Source: Octopus bimaculoides (lineage: Eukaryota). From it: a stretch of DNA of 32,254 bases. The position numbers and the translations under genes were made by a program. Below are positions 12,801 through 24,160 of the stretch, piece after piece. The stretch lies in contig NC_069000.1 of assembly GCF_001194135.2 (NCBI RefSeq), forward strand, positions 3,744,338 to 3,776,591, read 5' to 3'. The notes below the pieces were generated by a model, which saw nothing but the letters and a program-made list of their open reading frames with translations, had not been told where the DNA came from and did not search any database. Numbering within the stretch: position 1 is the stretch's first letter; each line of letters begins with the position of its first letter.

Positions 12801-14028
12801 TTACATCAGAATTATCTTCCGTCAATTGAATAGACGTACATGATTTTATGAAATATAAACATATATTTTGCAGTGGAACTCTACCAGTGACCAGGTCGCA
12901 GATCCAGAAACGAAATATATGACGTATAAATGCTAAATGTTTAAATGTTGTAAACAGTTTTTGAGAGCTTTTGAATGACTAGTGTCTGCTTTCGATGCTG
13001 TAATTGCTTTAGTTTCAACGCAGTCGCAGATGAAATCCTTTGCTATAAAAAGAGCAATTCAAAAATAAACTGAAATAGTAATGAAGAAAATAGGAAACAG
13101 GAAGTTCTTTTCCTTCATTTCATTGCATGAATACATACATGTTCTTCATATGGAAATCAAGGTCAGCGCTAAAAAGACATTCTCATAATTAACATCGGGA
13201 TCATATTACAGGGTATAAAAGAAAGAGCTCTCGTATTTTACAGAACCAAATATGTCGAATATGGGAAGGTGTATTGGTACACCTTATATATCCACTACGG
13301 CGCAATACAATCTTGAATTTAAACCATTTCGCTGCTGTAAATTAAAAAAATACAACGATGGAGCGAAGTCATAAAGACTTCCCTATGTCTCAATGGCACC
13401 CGTGAAGCTAAACCAACCGACATATATGAGTAGATAGAGTAATTTTGTTCTGCTTCTAGTGAAGGCGGAATGCGAAGATAATAATTTAAATAAAATATCT
13501 GATTAAAATGGAGGAAATAAATCTATTAATATATTATTATTCCTTTGTTTATGCCTCAAGTAATTAGTATATCTCAGTGCATTTGAATTAAAATAAAACT
13601 TACAAAAACAAACGTTCTGTTAATAATGAGTTTCTTTAGTTTCTAACAGACGATCCTGAGAAAGTGGCGGTCTTGAACATTCTGCACGCACACACATACA
13701 TACACACGCACACACACATTAAAACACACACAAAACACACACATATACATATGCATACATGTCCATACAAATATATATACAAATATTTAGATGCATGTGT
13801 GCATATTTATGTGTATGTGCGTGTGAGTACAAAGACACCTATATATGTATACATAGATACACATGCACACACACAAACACATACGCCCATTCACACACAC
13901 CGTTAGGTTACGTTGACGTAAGCACAAAGACAGTTTGTGAAGTGATGTTGGCGGGCCACATACATACGCAATGACACATACACATACATTCACATACATA
14001 CACACATAAATTCACACACACAGCTACA

Positions 14029-14029
<1 letters not shown>

Positions 14030-14111
<82 letters not shown>

Positions 14112-14185
14112 CGGTCTTCTTTCCGGTTCTGTATACCAAATCCGAAGTTACTTTAGAAACCACCTGCCCAAGGGGCATATGCCTC
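14030..14185 (-). mobile_element. SINE family B fragment with expanded (TA)n (14030-14108)
   Basis: gacggtcttctttccggttctgtataccaaatcc and cctgcccaagg are the reverse complement of the family B body. The TA run lies where the family carries its internal microsatellite. Confidence 0.7.
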
Positions 14186-14400
14186 ATATTTCACTTCATG
14201 AGTTCAATGAACGGAAGAACGGAACGGAATGTGCGAGAGATATTAATGCAGTATATACCGACTGGACAATAAGCTTAAGCCAGTGTCATATGAAGGAGAG
14301 TATATTTTAGATTTAGAAAGATATTTGTTTATCTTAATTTTGAAAATAAAAGAAAGAAAAATCGCATTAGTTATTGAATGACCCAATACATATTCTTTGT

Positions 14401-14695
14401 AAGCCCAGTACTTGTTCTAACGTCTCCTTTGCCGAAGTGCTAATTCCAGGGGCATAAACACACCAGAATCAATTCTCAAGCGATAGTGGGGGGACAAGCG
14501 CAGACACATAGATACACACACAAAAATATACACGCATACACACACACACATATACATTAGACAGGCTTCTTTCCGTTTTCGCCTACCATATCCACTCGCA
14601 AGGCTTTGGTCAGCCCGTGGCTATAATGGAAGACAGTTGCCCATGGTACCACGAAGTCGGACTGAATACAGAACTATGTGGTTGGAAAGCGATCC
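14401..14695 (-). mobile_element. SINE family B, long copy
   Basis: ggcttctttccgttttcgcctaccatatccactcgcaaggctttggtcagcccgtggctataatggaagacagttgcccatggtaccacgaagtcggactgaa...atgtggttgg is the reverse complement of the copies at 9876 and 6685. Confidence 0.9.
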
Positions 14696-15840
14696 TGAAC
14701 TAGCTAGGTTTCACATCATGCAAACCTGCGAAAATTGAAGTCACATGGATCAGAATCATAATGTTTTAGATAAAAATATTTGTAGCTCACCCCACATGTG
14801 TTCAGTACATTTTACTTTAGTTTCTCCACTCATTCACGTATACACACACACACGCAAACACACTTACACGAGACTGTTGCGAGTATTATGTCGGATAATA
14901 TTAGACGTAAACTTTTGCTATCGCTTGCGTAATATCAGGAAATATGCCATACACACATCAAAAGCAAAGGAAGTTTTATCAAATTTCTTAGTGCTTATAC
15001 AAAATGATAAACTGAATACTAATTTTCGAAAGAAAAAAATATTTATTACCCTAAAGTAAAATTAATGATAACAAATTTCTCATTTGTATGTTTGCAATAA
15101 ATATATAATTATTTTTATAAATTTTATCAATATAATCGCATAACCTACTCTATCGAAAATACATCGAGATAAAGTTTCATCAAAAAACGTTTATTTTTCA
15201 GAAATTTATCATTGCCTGCCGAAAGCATCGAATTTACACTCATTCTGCACCTCATATTTTACGTTTCACTGTATATTTCTTTCGTAATTTATCCTCCATT
15301 CCTAACAATCCGATGCATGACTTGCTCAGCATAAGATGCAAGTTTGTCTATTCCAGGTTTTCCCCACATAATTCAGTAATACATTACCCACATATGTAGA
15401 TATAGCGTGTGCTGAGTCTATTCACCTGGTACACAGAGATCTCTCATAATCTGAAGCTGATAGATAAATAGAGAGATAGAAGAACATCTACATATAGCGT
15501 ATGGGTGTATGTGTTTCTGTAAGAGAGTATATATATATATATATNNNNNNNNNNNNNNNNNNNNNNNNNNNNNNNNNNNNNNNNNNNNNNNNNNNNNNNN
15601 NNNNNNNNNNNNNNNNNNNNNNNNNNNNNNNNNNNNNNNNNNNNNNNNNNNNNNNNNNNNNNNNNNNNNNNNNNNNNNNNNNNNNNNNNNNNNNNNNNNN
15701 NNNNNNNNNNNNNNNNNNNNNNNNNNNNNNNNNNNNNNNNNNNNNNNNNNNNNNNNNNNNNNNNNNNNNNNNNNNNNNNNNNNNNNNNNNNNNNNNNNNN
15801 NNNNNNNNNNNNNNNNNNNNNNNNNNNNNNNNNNNNNNNN

Positions 15841-15894
<54 letters not shown>

Positions 15895-16078
15895 AATATA
15901 TCTCTAAAAGTCCATTAGTAAGTTAGTAAGACCCATTGAGGTATAACCTATTCCCTTTATCTTTTGCCTCTCCCCACCACATCCTATTGTTAATGTATTC
16001 GTTCGAAAATATCTGTCCTGCTGGTTCCCATACTCGTTACCATTAAACACTAAAAATCAATTATCATTTTGCGTTTAC

Positions 16079-16121
<43 letters not shown>

Positions 16122-16198
16122 TATGTGTGTTAGTGTGTGTGTATGAGTGTGTGTATAGAGAGATAGATATGTATAAATACATAATATGNNNNNNNNNN

Positions 16199-16240
<42 letters not shown>

Positions 16241-16249
16241 CTAGCTAGC

Positions 16250-16313
<64 letters not shown>

Positions 16314-16360
16314 CATAGGTATATCTATGTATCTCTCTCTATCTATCTATCTATCTATAT
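16199..16360. repeat. Compound microsatellite arranged as an inverted repeat centred near 16321
   Basis: (AGAT)n(AG)n-ATACATAG / GTATAT / CTATGTAT-(CT)n(ATCT)n. Confidence 0.8.
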
Positions 16361-17658
16361 TTATATGTGCATATACATGTGTGTGTATTCATTTATATTG
16401 AAAATACATAGATTTATGTATATGCATGCCTCTATATATATATATGAGTGTGTGCTTCTCAGTCTTTTGTGCGTGTATGTAATATATATTTATTCGTATA
16501 TATAGTAATGTATATATGAATATGAACATATATATATGTATATAAATATACACACCTACATAATAATTTGGTTGTAATTTGTCTGATTTTTGATGTGGAC
16601 AAACCTAAAACAACTCTAGGTGTAAACTTCTGTCTCATCCATTTCTTTTAAGTAGATCTATATTTTAAGGACACATATATCGCTTACAAATTCAGTGTCT
16701 GACTGTCAACCATCATATTACATCGTTACTTGCCTTCTTGAATCAGTAACACGTTTGAACATCCTGCACTGACATAATAATGGTAAATATCAATTCCTAT
16801 CTAACATTTAATGTTGTTTTTCCTGCACGACACAAATATTTCTAATTAGATAATTGCGTAATACTAATTTAACTGGGGTTTTTTCTTTCTTGTTTTTTAT
16901 TTTATTTTGCGATGATGATATCCCTGAGGAATTAAAATCACAGATATTTTGTAATTCTGTTAGAAATCTTAAGTCTCGATTTTAAAATCAAGACTTATTA
17001 CAAATTTTAATGCTATTTCAATTCTATGCCATTGGCATGCAGCATTTTCTTTCGTTTTTACTTTTTCACTTTGACACTATACAGCAGGGATTATGAATGG
17101 CTTTGATAATGTTTCAGCCAGAAGAAGAAATACTACATTACTCAGACATTTTGTATAGAAATGTTTACAAAAATACAAATAAATTTTAAATTCGATAACT
17201 TAGAAAAAACAAGAATACAGAAAATATTGCTTACTTAGAATAAATCATTCTTTTACACAATAAAATCCTGAATAACACGTGCTTCAAAACATTCGAGACA
17301 AAATATGGGTATTTTTCTAAACATATTCAATACATTTCTTTTACAATCCCTGGCGCACTCACTTGTTCTCTGTGATGTATGACTGCGCCTTGGTTCACCA
17401 TTTGTGAGACACTAGTCTTACATATTAAATTATATCTCAATTCCGTTTACAATTATATATCAGATTTAATATTTCCCCATCTGTTCTTCTGTTCATTTCA
17501 CAAATCTGACAGATTATCTTTTACCGTTTATGTTGTACCTTCATTCTACAAATTGTACGTCGAGATTGAAAATAAAGTTATTTGTCTCTATATTTTCTTT
17601 GCTGAAACAGTACACATACATAATGCTAACTTACATACAGATATGCATATTTATTATA

Positions 17659-17960
17659 CAGGATACAATAGGTAAATTGTCACCATTTAAACTTTCGCAC
17701 ATGCGCATTGTTTGTTTTTGGCTGTCAACTACACAGTATAATAGGGTCAGTCGGGCACCGTCTGTGAGAAAAACAGCACCATGACGCAATTCCCTGTGCC
17801 AGAAATTTGAAACGACATGCTGTGCTCCTTGGCTTTCATGCTCCAATATGAACAGTTCTGAGTTTTGGGGTGTCATTCTAAGGAAAGTGGGATCTGAGGA
17901 CACGTACCGAGAGTGATAAAAATCCAGTCAACATCATGGTGTTTGGAGTAATCACTAGCT
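17659..17960 (+). mobile_element. Tc1/mariner-superfamily DNA transposon, internally deleted 5' fragment (copy A)
   Basis: TA|CAGGATAC...GTAAATTGTCACCATT terminus, then atgacgcaattc start, then HVPRVIKI/PVNIMVFGVIT. Colinear with the reverse complement of 29300-29000. Frameshifted and truncated at a SINE tail. Confidence 0.9.
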
Positions 17961-18045
17961 CTGGGGTTTATTCGCTCGATTAAAGGGGGTGCTCCAGCAT
18001 GGCCACAGTCAAATCACTGAAACAAGTAAAAGACAAAAAGAAAAG
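17961..18045 (+). mobile_element. SINE family B 3' end
   Basis: ggtgctccagcatggccacagtcaaatcactgaaacaagtaaaagacaaaagaaaaga resembles 18355-18420. Confidence 0.85.
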
Positions 18046-18061
18046 AATATATGTATATATA

Positions 18062-18420
18062 TATGTCTGTCTGCCTGTGCGTATGTGTGTATCTTTTGGA
18101 CTGTATTTATCGCCCCCCCCCCTTGCCACTTTACAACTGGTGTTGAGGTGTTCATGACCCGGTAATTAGCGGTTCGGCAAAAGATTCGCCGAGGTTGACT
18201 TTGCCTTTCATCCTTTCGGGGTCGATTAAATAAGTACCAGTTACGCACTGGGGTCGATATAATCGACTTAATCCGTAATACGTAAAGTAATACGCTTTAA
18301 AAAAGAAATAAAGTTCTGGTATCTATTTGTTCGACTAAACCTATTCATTCAATAGGATGCTGCAACATGCCCGCAGTCAAATGACGGAAACAAGTAAGCG
18401 GTTAAAAGAATAATAAAAGA
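18062..18420 (+). mobile_element. SINE family B 3' half interrupted by a family A fragment
   Basis: aattagcggttcggcaaaaga|insert|...atttgttcgactaaa...catgcccgcagtcaaatgacggaaacaagtaa. Confidence 0.8.
18184..18276 (+). mobile_element. 5'-truncated SINE family A nested in family B
   Basis: cgccgaggttgactttgcctttcatcctttcggggtcgattaaataagtaccagttacgcactggggtcgatataatcgacttaatccgt is about 85% identical, by hand alignment, to the reverse complement of 20052-20140. Confidence 0.92.
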
Positions 18421-19533
18421 ATATATACATGCACATATATATATACATACATATACATGCATGTTACATATATACATGTACATGTATAAGCATAACTACA
18501 AACCCACGCATACATCCACACATATACATGAAGAGAGAGGCAAAAATTGTAATACAGTTTTCTGTGCATGTGAATGTGTGTATGTCACGAATGAAACTTG
18601 CCACTACCATTAACTCGACACCAGAGGCACCAGAATCATTGATCAAAAGAAGAGATTTTTTTTATTGTATCTTATTTTATTTTCCCTTGTTTCGTACTGT
18701 TAATATTAATATATTTGTTTAATATTAGAACAACACACTGTTCTGTTCCCGTAGAATAGCTTTGAAGCAAAGCTGACGACATCATTGATTAAATGCAAAA
18801 AAAAAAAAGGTGCCATGTTTTCCTTGTATGGAGGAAACGTGTGACAATTTGTCTGCGAGTGCATGATTGACGTCAACCAAATTTAGAATAATCCAAGAGG
18901 TAACACAATTACCTTCGATATTTCACCTTTGTGTAATTAATCACTTCGTATAAATTGAATAAATGAAATAAATAATCTCAGTATAGTTTAACTGATTGAT
19001 TTCGATTATCTTAACTCTTTCCTATGAGAAAATTATATAAATTCGAACTTTGTTGCAGATCAAATATTGTGTAACAGAAAGATTTTTTTTTTCTTTTTAG
19101 TTTGTTTTTAGGAAAATTGATCACTATGCAAGTGTTTAGCTATTTTCAATATTTCCCAAGTGATTTTTTTTTACATCTACGCTTCCTAGAGTAAACCGAG
19201 AACGGGACGACATATACGTTTTATAACGATGCTAGTTCTAGCAGTGAAATTACTATTAAATCATGCGCTGTCTTCATAGAAATTGAGTTTTATTGGATGT
19301 TTTACGTTAATTCAAAAACAGAATATTGAGAAACTAAGGTTTGTTTGCATTGCCATAATTGTGGTTATTGAAAAATTGGAAAGCAGCATAAGTTCACAGA
19401 CCGTTTTTGATGCGATTTGGATTAAGATTTTCTTTGCGCAACAAGAAAGGTTTTCTTTTCAGTTTTAGTTCACAATGTATCAAGGAATAAGGCCGTCATA
19501 TGACATCAATACAGGTATTTAATTCTTTCTCGG

Positions 19534-19680
19534 ATAACATCGGTGGCGTAGAGAGGAGAGGTTGGCATGCATGGGTGACTTTTGGTCTTCCATAAACAAC
19601 CATGCCCGGACCTCTGCCTCAGAGGGTAATTTTCTAAGTGCAGCCCTTTGGCCCTTCAAAACTTAAGAGGTTCTCTTCCC
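19534..19680 (+). mobile_element. Fragment of another interspersed repeat (ggtcttccataaacaaccatgcccggac...gagggtaattttctaagtgca)
   Basis: Resembles a repeat I recall from octopus genomic DNA. Single copy here, so it cannot be verified internally. Confidence 0.5.
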
Positions 19681-19895
19681 TAGGTGATGGGTTGTCAAAA
19701 ATCAAGCATCAGTGTCATTACGCTACACAAGATGTCCGACATCTTCTCAATCGATCAAATTTCACTCCTTGCATTCTGATCGAACTGACGCGATGATGAA
19801 CGGCATTTTCTGAAGATATCTTGCAGTGGGATAAAAACACGTGATTTTGAAGCCAGCTTACGGGCCTTAAGATTTGTTGGCGGAAGTGATTTTCA

Positions 19896-19998
19896 GAATG
19901 GTCGACCTCGGCGGAATTTGAACCCGGAGCGTAGTGACCGGTGAGATGCCGCTAAGCATTTTGTCCGGTGTGCTAACGATTCAGCCAGATTCGCCGTC
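19896..19998 (-). mobile_element. SINE family A, 5' half only
   Basis: gtcgacctcggcggaatttgaaccc...gccgctaagcattttgtccggtgtgctaacgattcagccagattcgccgtc is the reverse complement of the head at 1181. Confidence 0.92.
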
Positions 19999-20010
19999 TT
20001 TATATAATTT

Positions 20011-20229
20011 GCTATAAGGCTTTCTGCTATAGGCACAAGGCCTGACATTTGGGGGAATGTTTAAGTCGATTACATCGATCCCAGTACTCAACTGGTACTT
20101 AATTTATCTACCCCGAAAAGATGAAAAGCAAAGTCGACCGCGTCGTAATGTGAACTCAGAGCGTTGTAACGAGCGAGATGCCGCTAAGCATTTTGTCTGA
20201 CGCGCTAACCATTCTGCCAGTTCGCCGCC
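20011..20229 (-). mobile_element. SINE family A, full length, between 12-bp direct repeats
   Basis: Complete head-to-tail homology to 1181-1378 and 27523-27695. tttatataattt occurs at 19999-20010 and 20230-20241. Confidence 0.93.
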
Positions 20230-22104
20230 TTTATATAATTTCTAATAATGTCTAACAAATTTGTTAATGTGTGAAATGCATTATCTTCTTATATACTGAT
20301 AAGTAGGATAGCATGTACGTTAAATTTACAACAGTCAAATAGTTGAAATAGCTATATTCAAACCTTGTTGAACAGAACGCTGCCCAAGACGTCCACGGAA
20401 CTGATCACTTGTTCTATACATCATGTGATTATGAGAGGACATGGACATGAGCCTCTCTTTGCCAATAAATCTGTTACAATAACAATCAATACGTTACTGC
20501 CACCATCAGAAACAACACTACTACTGCTACTACTGCTACAACTCCTACTATACATATTGTGTTGAGTGAAATGTTGTCACTTGAAGAATATTACCTGTTG
20601 TTATTGGTACTTATTTATTGCTTTTTCTTACAACTTGGGATGCAATCTATATTTGATTTTATTTACATAAAATGCCAATATATTGAACCGAAATGAAATT
20701 AGATATTCTACTGACCAATGAAAGATATTACTAACCACTAAAACGAACTGTTAGATATTACGATGTGAGATCTCTCTTGTTAGCGATATAAGCCCGAATA
20801 ATGGTTTCAGTTTATGGCACATAAGTTTATATCATCGCATTCATAACCACCCCTGCGACCACGTAGATGCCATCTATAGCTAAAGGGCATCGGTGAGAGA
20901 TTTATTGTTTTGGTGTCTATAATTTTAGAAACACCAGAAACTATTACGTTTCACTGATAATTTGCCAAAATTTACTCTAAAACAAGAACCAAATAATTTA
21001 ATCTTTAGTTTAACATTTGATGGCTAGCTCTCCATATTTGCTAATACAGTAAATATTAAAATCGAACGCCATCTATTAAATGTGTTCATTCATCTTCTTT
21101 GATCGGAGATAAGTTACCATCAAAAGATATTTTTCTTGTGTTCTTCTGATAGTGATCTCATTACTCTATAGACATCGATGTTATTAATGTTTACAGCGGA
21201 AATAATATGGGTGTATGTGTGTGAGTGTGCACGTGTGTATGAGTACCTGTGTGTGCGTCTGTGTGTGTGTGTGTGTGTGTGGCAATGTGTTATCGATGGC
21301 AAAATCTTTTTCGGGAAATGCTTGTCATGTTAAACTAGCCTTGTGAAACGCTTCTAATTAAAAGGTTATAGGACTCTTTTGCAATTCCTAAATGGCTAAG
21401 CAAGTCCCTGCCACCAAACCATTTTGCAGCCCATTAAAGAATGCTCTTATTAACTTCCATCTCTTATCGAAGAACTAATTTCTGTGAAAGAGAATTAAGG
21501 TATGTAATATTTGGATGTTAATATTCAGAGGGTACATCAGGTGCAGAGGAAATAATGAGTATTTTTCTACAACCACGAAATCAAAAGCCGAGGTCAATCA
21601 ACAAAATGGTGACCTCATTATTATATCCCTATTGTCAGATCCGCATATCAAATATGTCCGCACGTAAACGATCGAAATGACATATGACCGATATGGCTTA
21701 AAACTATCATAAATAATAAATTGCTGAAATTACAGCCTTGATTTAACTTTAAATACGGCAACTAAATTGACGCTAAAATTTGCCGCTTTTCTATAAACGT
21801 GCATACCACTAAACCATAAAAAATATACTATACACTCACATAAACGTATACATATAAATGAGTTTGTGAATAAATCTTAACGATTTATGATTAGTGGAAC
21901 AAGCTAAGTATAGCAGAAAATGTTTGCATGTAATAGGGCGCAGCAGATTCGAACTTGAAACTATATCGTTGCGAATCGAAATTTGTTAACACCAGAGGCT
22001 TCTTTGCCTTGATATAAATTGTTAGCACCACAATAAGTTATATACGTAAATACATATGCTTTTATGCATATGTATTTGTATATACATATATACATTTATA
22101 TAAA

Positions 22105-22145
<41 letters not shown>

Positions 22146-22982
22146 TATATATATATATACACACACACATAAATATATATATATATATATATACTCTATA
22201 CACGAAAAAGATCCATAAGTGTATGCGTGGATATACATATATATATAAACACATATATATATGTATGTATGTATGTATACATATACACAGGCTTACCAAT
22301 TTCTTTCAGGTCTTGTGATGTGTGTGCTCTTGTGTAGTGTGAATAATTCGCATGGTTGTAAATGTATGGATATTGCGGTTGTATTCACAGTCACGCGTTC
22401 CTTATTGTCAGTTATTTTGTCACAATGACCAAATACATAATGTTTATGCCTTGTAGAATTATCATAGATTACAAGTTGGCGCCATAACGGAAGCAGTGCT
22501 TTGAAAAATCGTCTGACTTCATGTTGAATGTATTGCTTGCGCTATAGCAAGGGTGAAATCGACTGTTATCTTTTATAAACATAAATTATGGAAATAGAAT
22601 TTCGCTGTGAATTAAAGCTTAGATATTACAATGGAAATCCAAGAAGAATCTATTGAAAAGAAATCCCATATAAATCATCTGAAGACCAAACAAAGGGAGA
22701 GAAATTTTGTTTACATGCGTATCCCATATCATATGACTTTACATGTAGTGTAAATGCCAATTAAGATACATGCTTCGACATGTCCAATATACAGACTTGT
22801 TTCGATGTGTTTGATATGGAGAAATTCTAAATCTGGTTGTATTAATGAACAAATAATTCTTAGGTCAACATCTCGGATGTTGTCAATGTGGGAAGTGGAC
22901 TGTCTTTGTGTGAGAGATGTGTTAACTTTGAAGATTCTCGACAACGTGACATAAGTCGGAAGTGTTTCGCACTGTGTGACAC

Positions 22983-23072
22983 TGTATCTATCTATTTATC
23001 TATATATCTATCTATTTATTTATGTATGCATCTATTTATTTATTAATCTATCAATCTATCTATCTAACTACA

Positions 23073-23108
<36 letters not shown>

Positions 23109-23215
23109 AATCTATCAGTCTAAAAATCTATATGTCTATATATCTACCCATGTATCTATTTATCTATCTATCAATCTATCTGCCTATCTATTTATCTATC
23201 TATCTACTTATCTAC

Positions 23216-23248
<33 letters not shown>

Positions 23249-23310
23249 AATCTAGAAAAATCTATATATCTATCAATCTACCTATCTATTTATGTACCTA
23301 TCAATCTATG
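22983..23310. repeat. Degenerate (TATC)n tetranucleotide array
   Basis: Directly visible. It explains ORF 22976-23338 (YLSI repeats). Confidence 0.95.
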
Positions 23311-24139
23311 TGTGCGTGTGTGTGTATGCAGTATTTGAAGTAGTGTACAGATATTGTATAATGAGAAAAAGGAGACAGTCAGAATTCTGGATAATTCTTT
23401 ATTAGCGATACAAAGAAAACACGGACAGGTCATTCGGAGTTTTCTCTCTTCAGTCGAGATCCAGATCATCCTTGCAATTTCGGATGCGTCTATGTGTGTA
23501 TGTACACATCTGTATACATACATAAAGATGCAAATAAGACACATACACACTCATATATATATGATCAACGCCTTTCGACAGCACCTTGCTTGTATTAATA
23601 CACAATCTCATTCAGCGATGAGTTTAAATTAGTCTGTATGGCTAATAAATTCATGGAACGAGACAATTAAATATAAACCCGAAGTTTACATGCGTGTGAT
23701 TATAGTTACATTCACCAACATCGAACAATTTGCACGCATCCACACCGACATATAAATTCCATATATATGTTATATACATTACATATATATGATTGCTATT
23801 GTATATTGATACACGTTTCCTTTTCGTTGTAGAAAATAGGATAATGCGTTATCTGTATATACATAAAAATACATACATACAGATGTAATACTTATATAAA
23901 TATTTGAATAAGCTGAATGTGCATTTGTATGTCAGCAAACTATTTATTTATCAAAAAATATATGAATAATGACAAAGAAGAATAAATACATAATATTTCC
24001 TTCAAGTAAATAAATATATACATAAATAAGTGTAGACATAAATTGTATAATTGTAACGAGAACAAAAAACAAACCATTACTGATAAGTCGAGTACAGGCT
24101 TTTACTGTCTTGATATAGCAATGTTTGTTTTTTTCACAG

Positions 24140-24160
24140 TTGAAATGATACCAGAGCACC
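24140..24160 (+). CDS. Candidate 21-nt symmetric (phase 1-1) microexon, xEMIPEHx, host gene unknown
   Basis: Acceptor tgtttgtttttttcacag| and donor |gtgagt. Only one of the three frames is stop-free and the length is a multiple of 3. There is no homology support. Confidence 0.3.

Noticed and set aside
17661-17676. Apparent 10-nt microexon (tacag|GATACAATAG|gtaaat)
   Set aside because: It is the terminal repeat of the mariner copy, and the same motif occurs inverted at 29281-29300.
21430-21505. 70-nt exon-like segment with a strong gtatgt donor
   Set aside because: All three frames contain stops. At best it is a UTR or non-coding exon, and there is no evidence for that.
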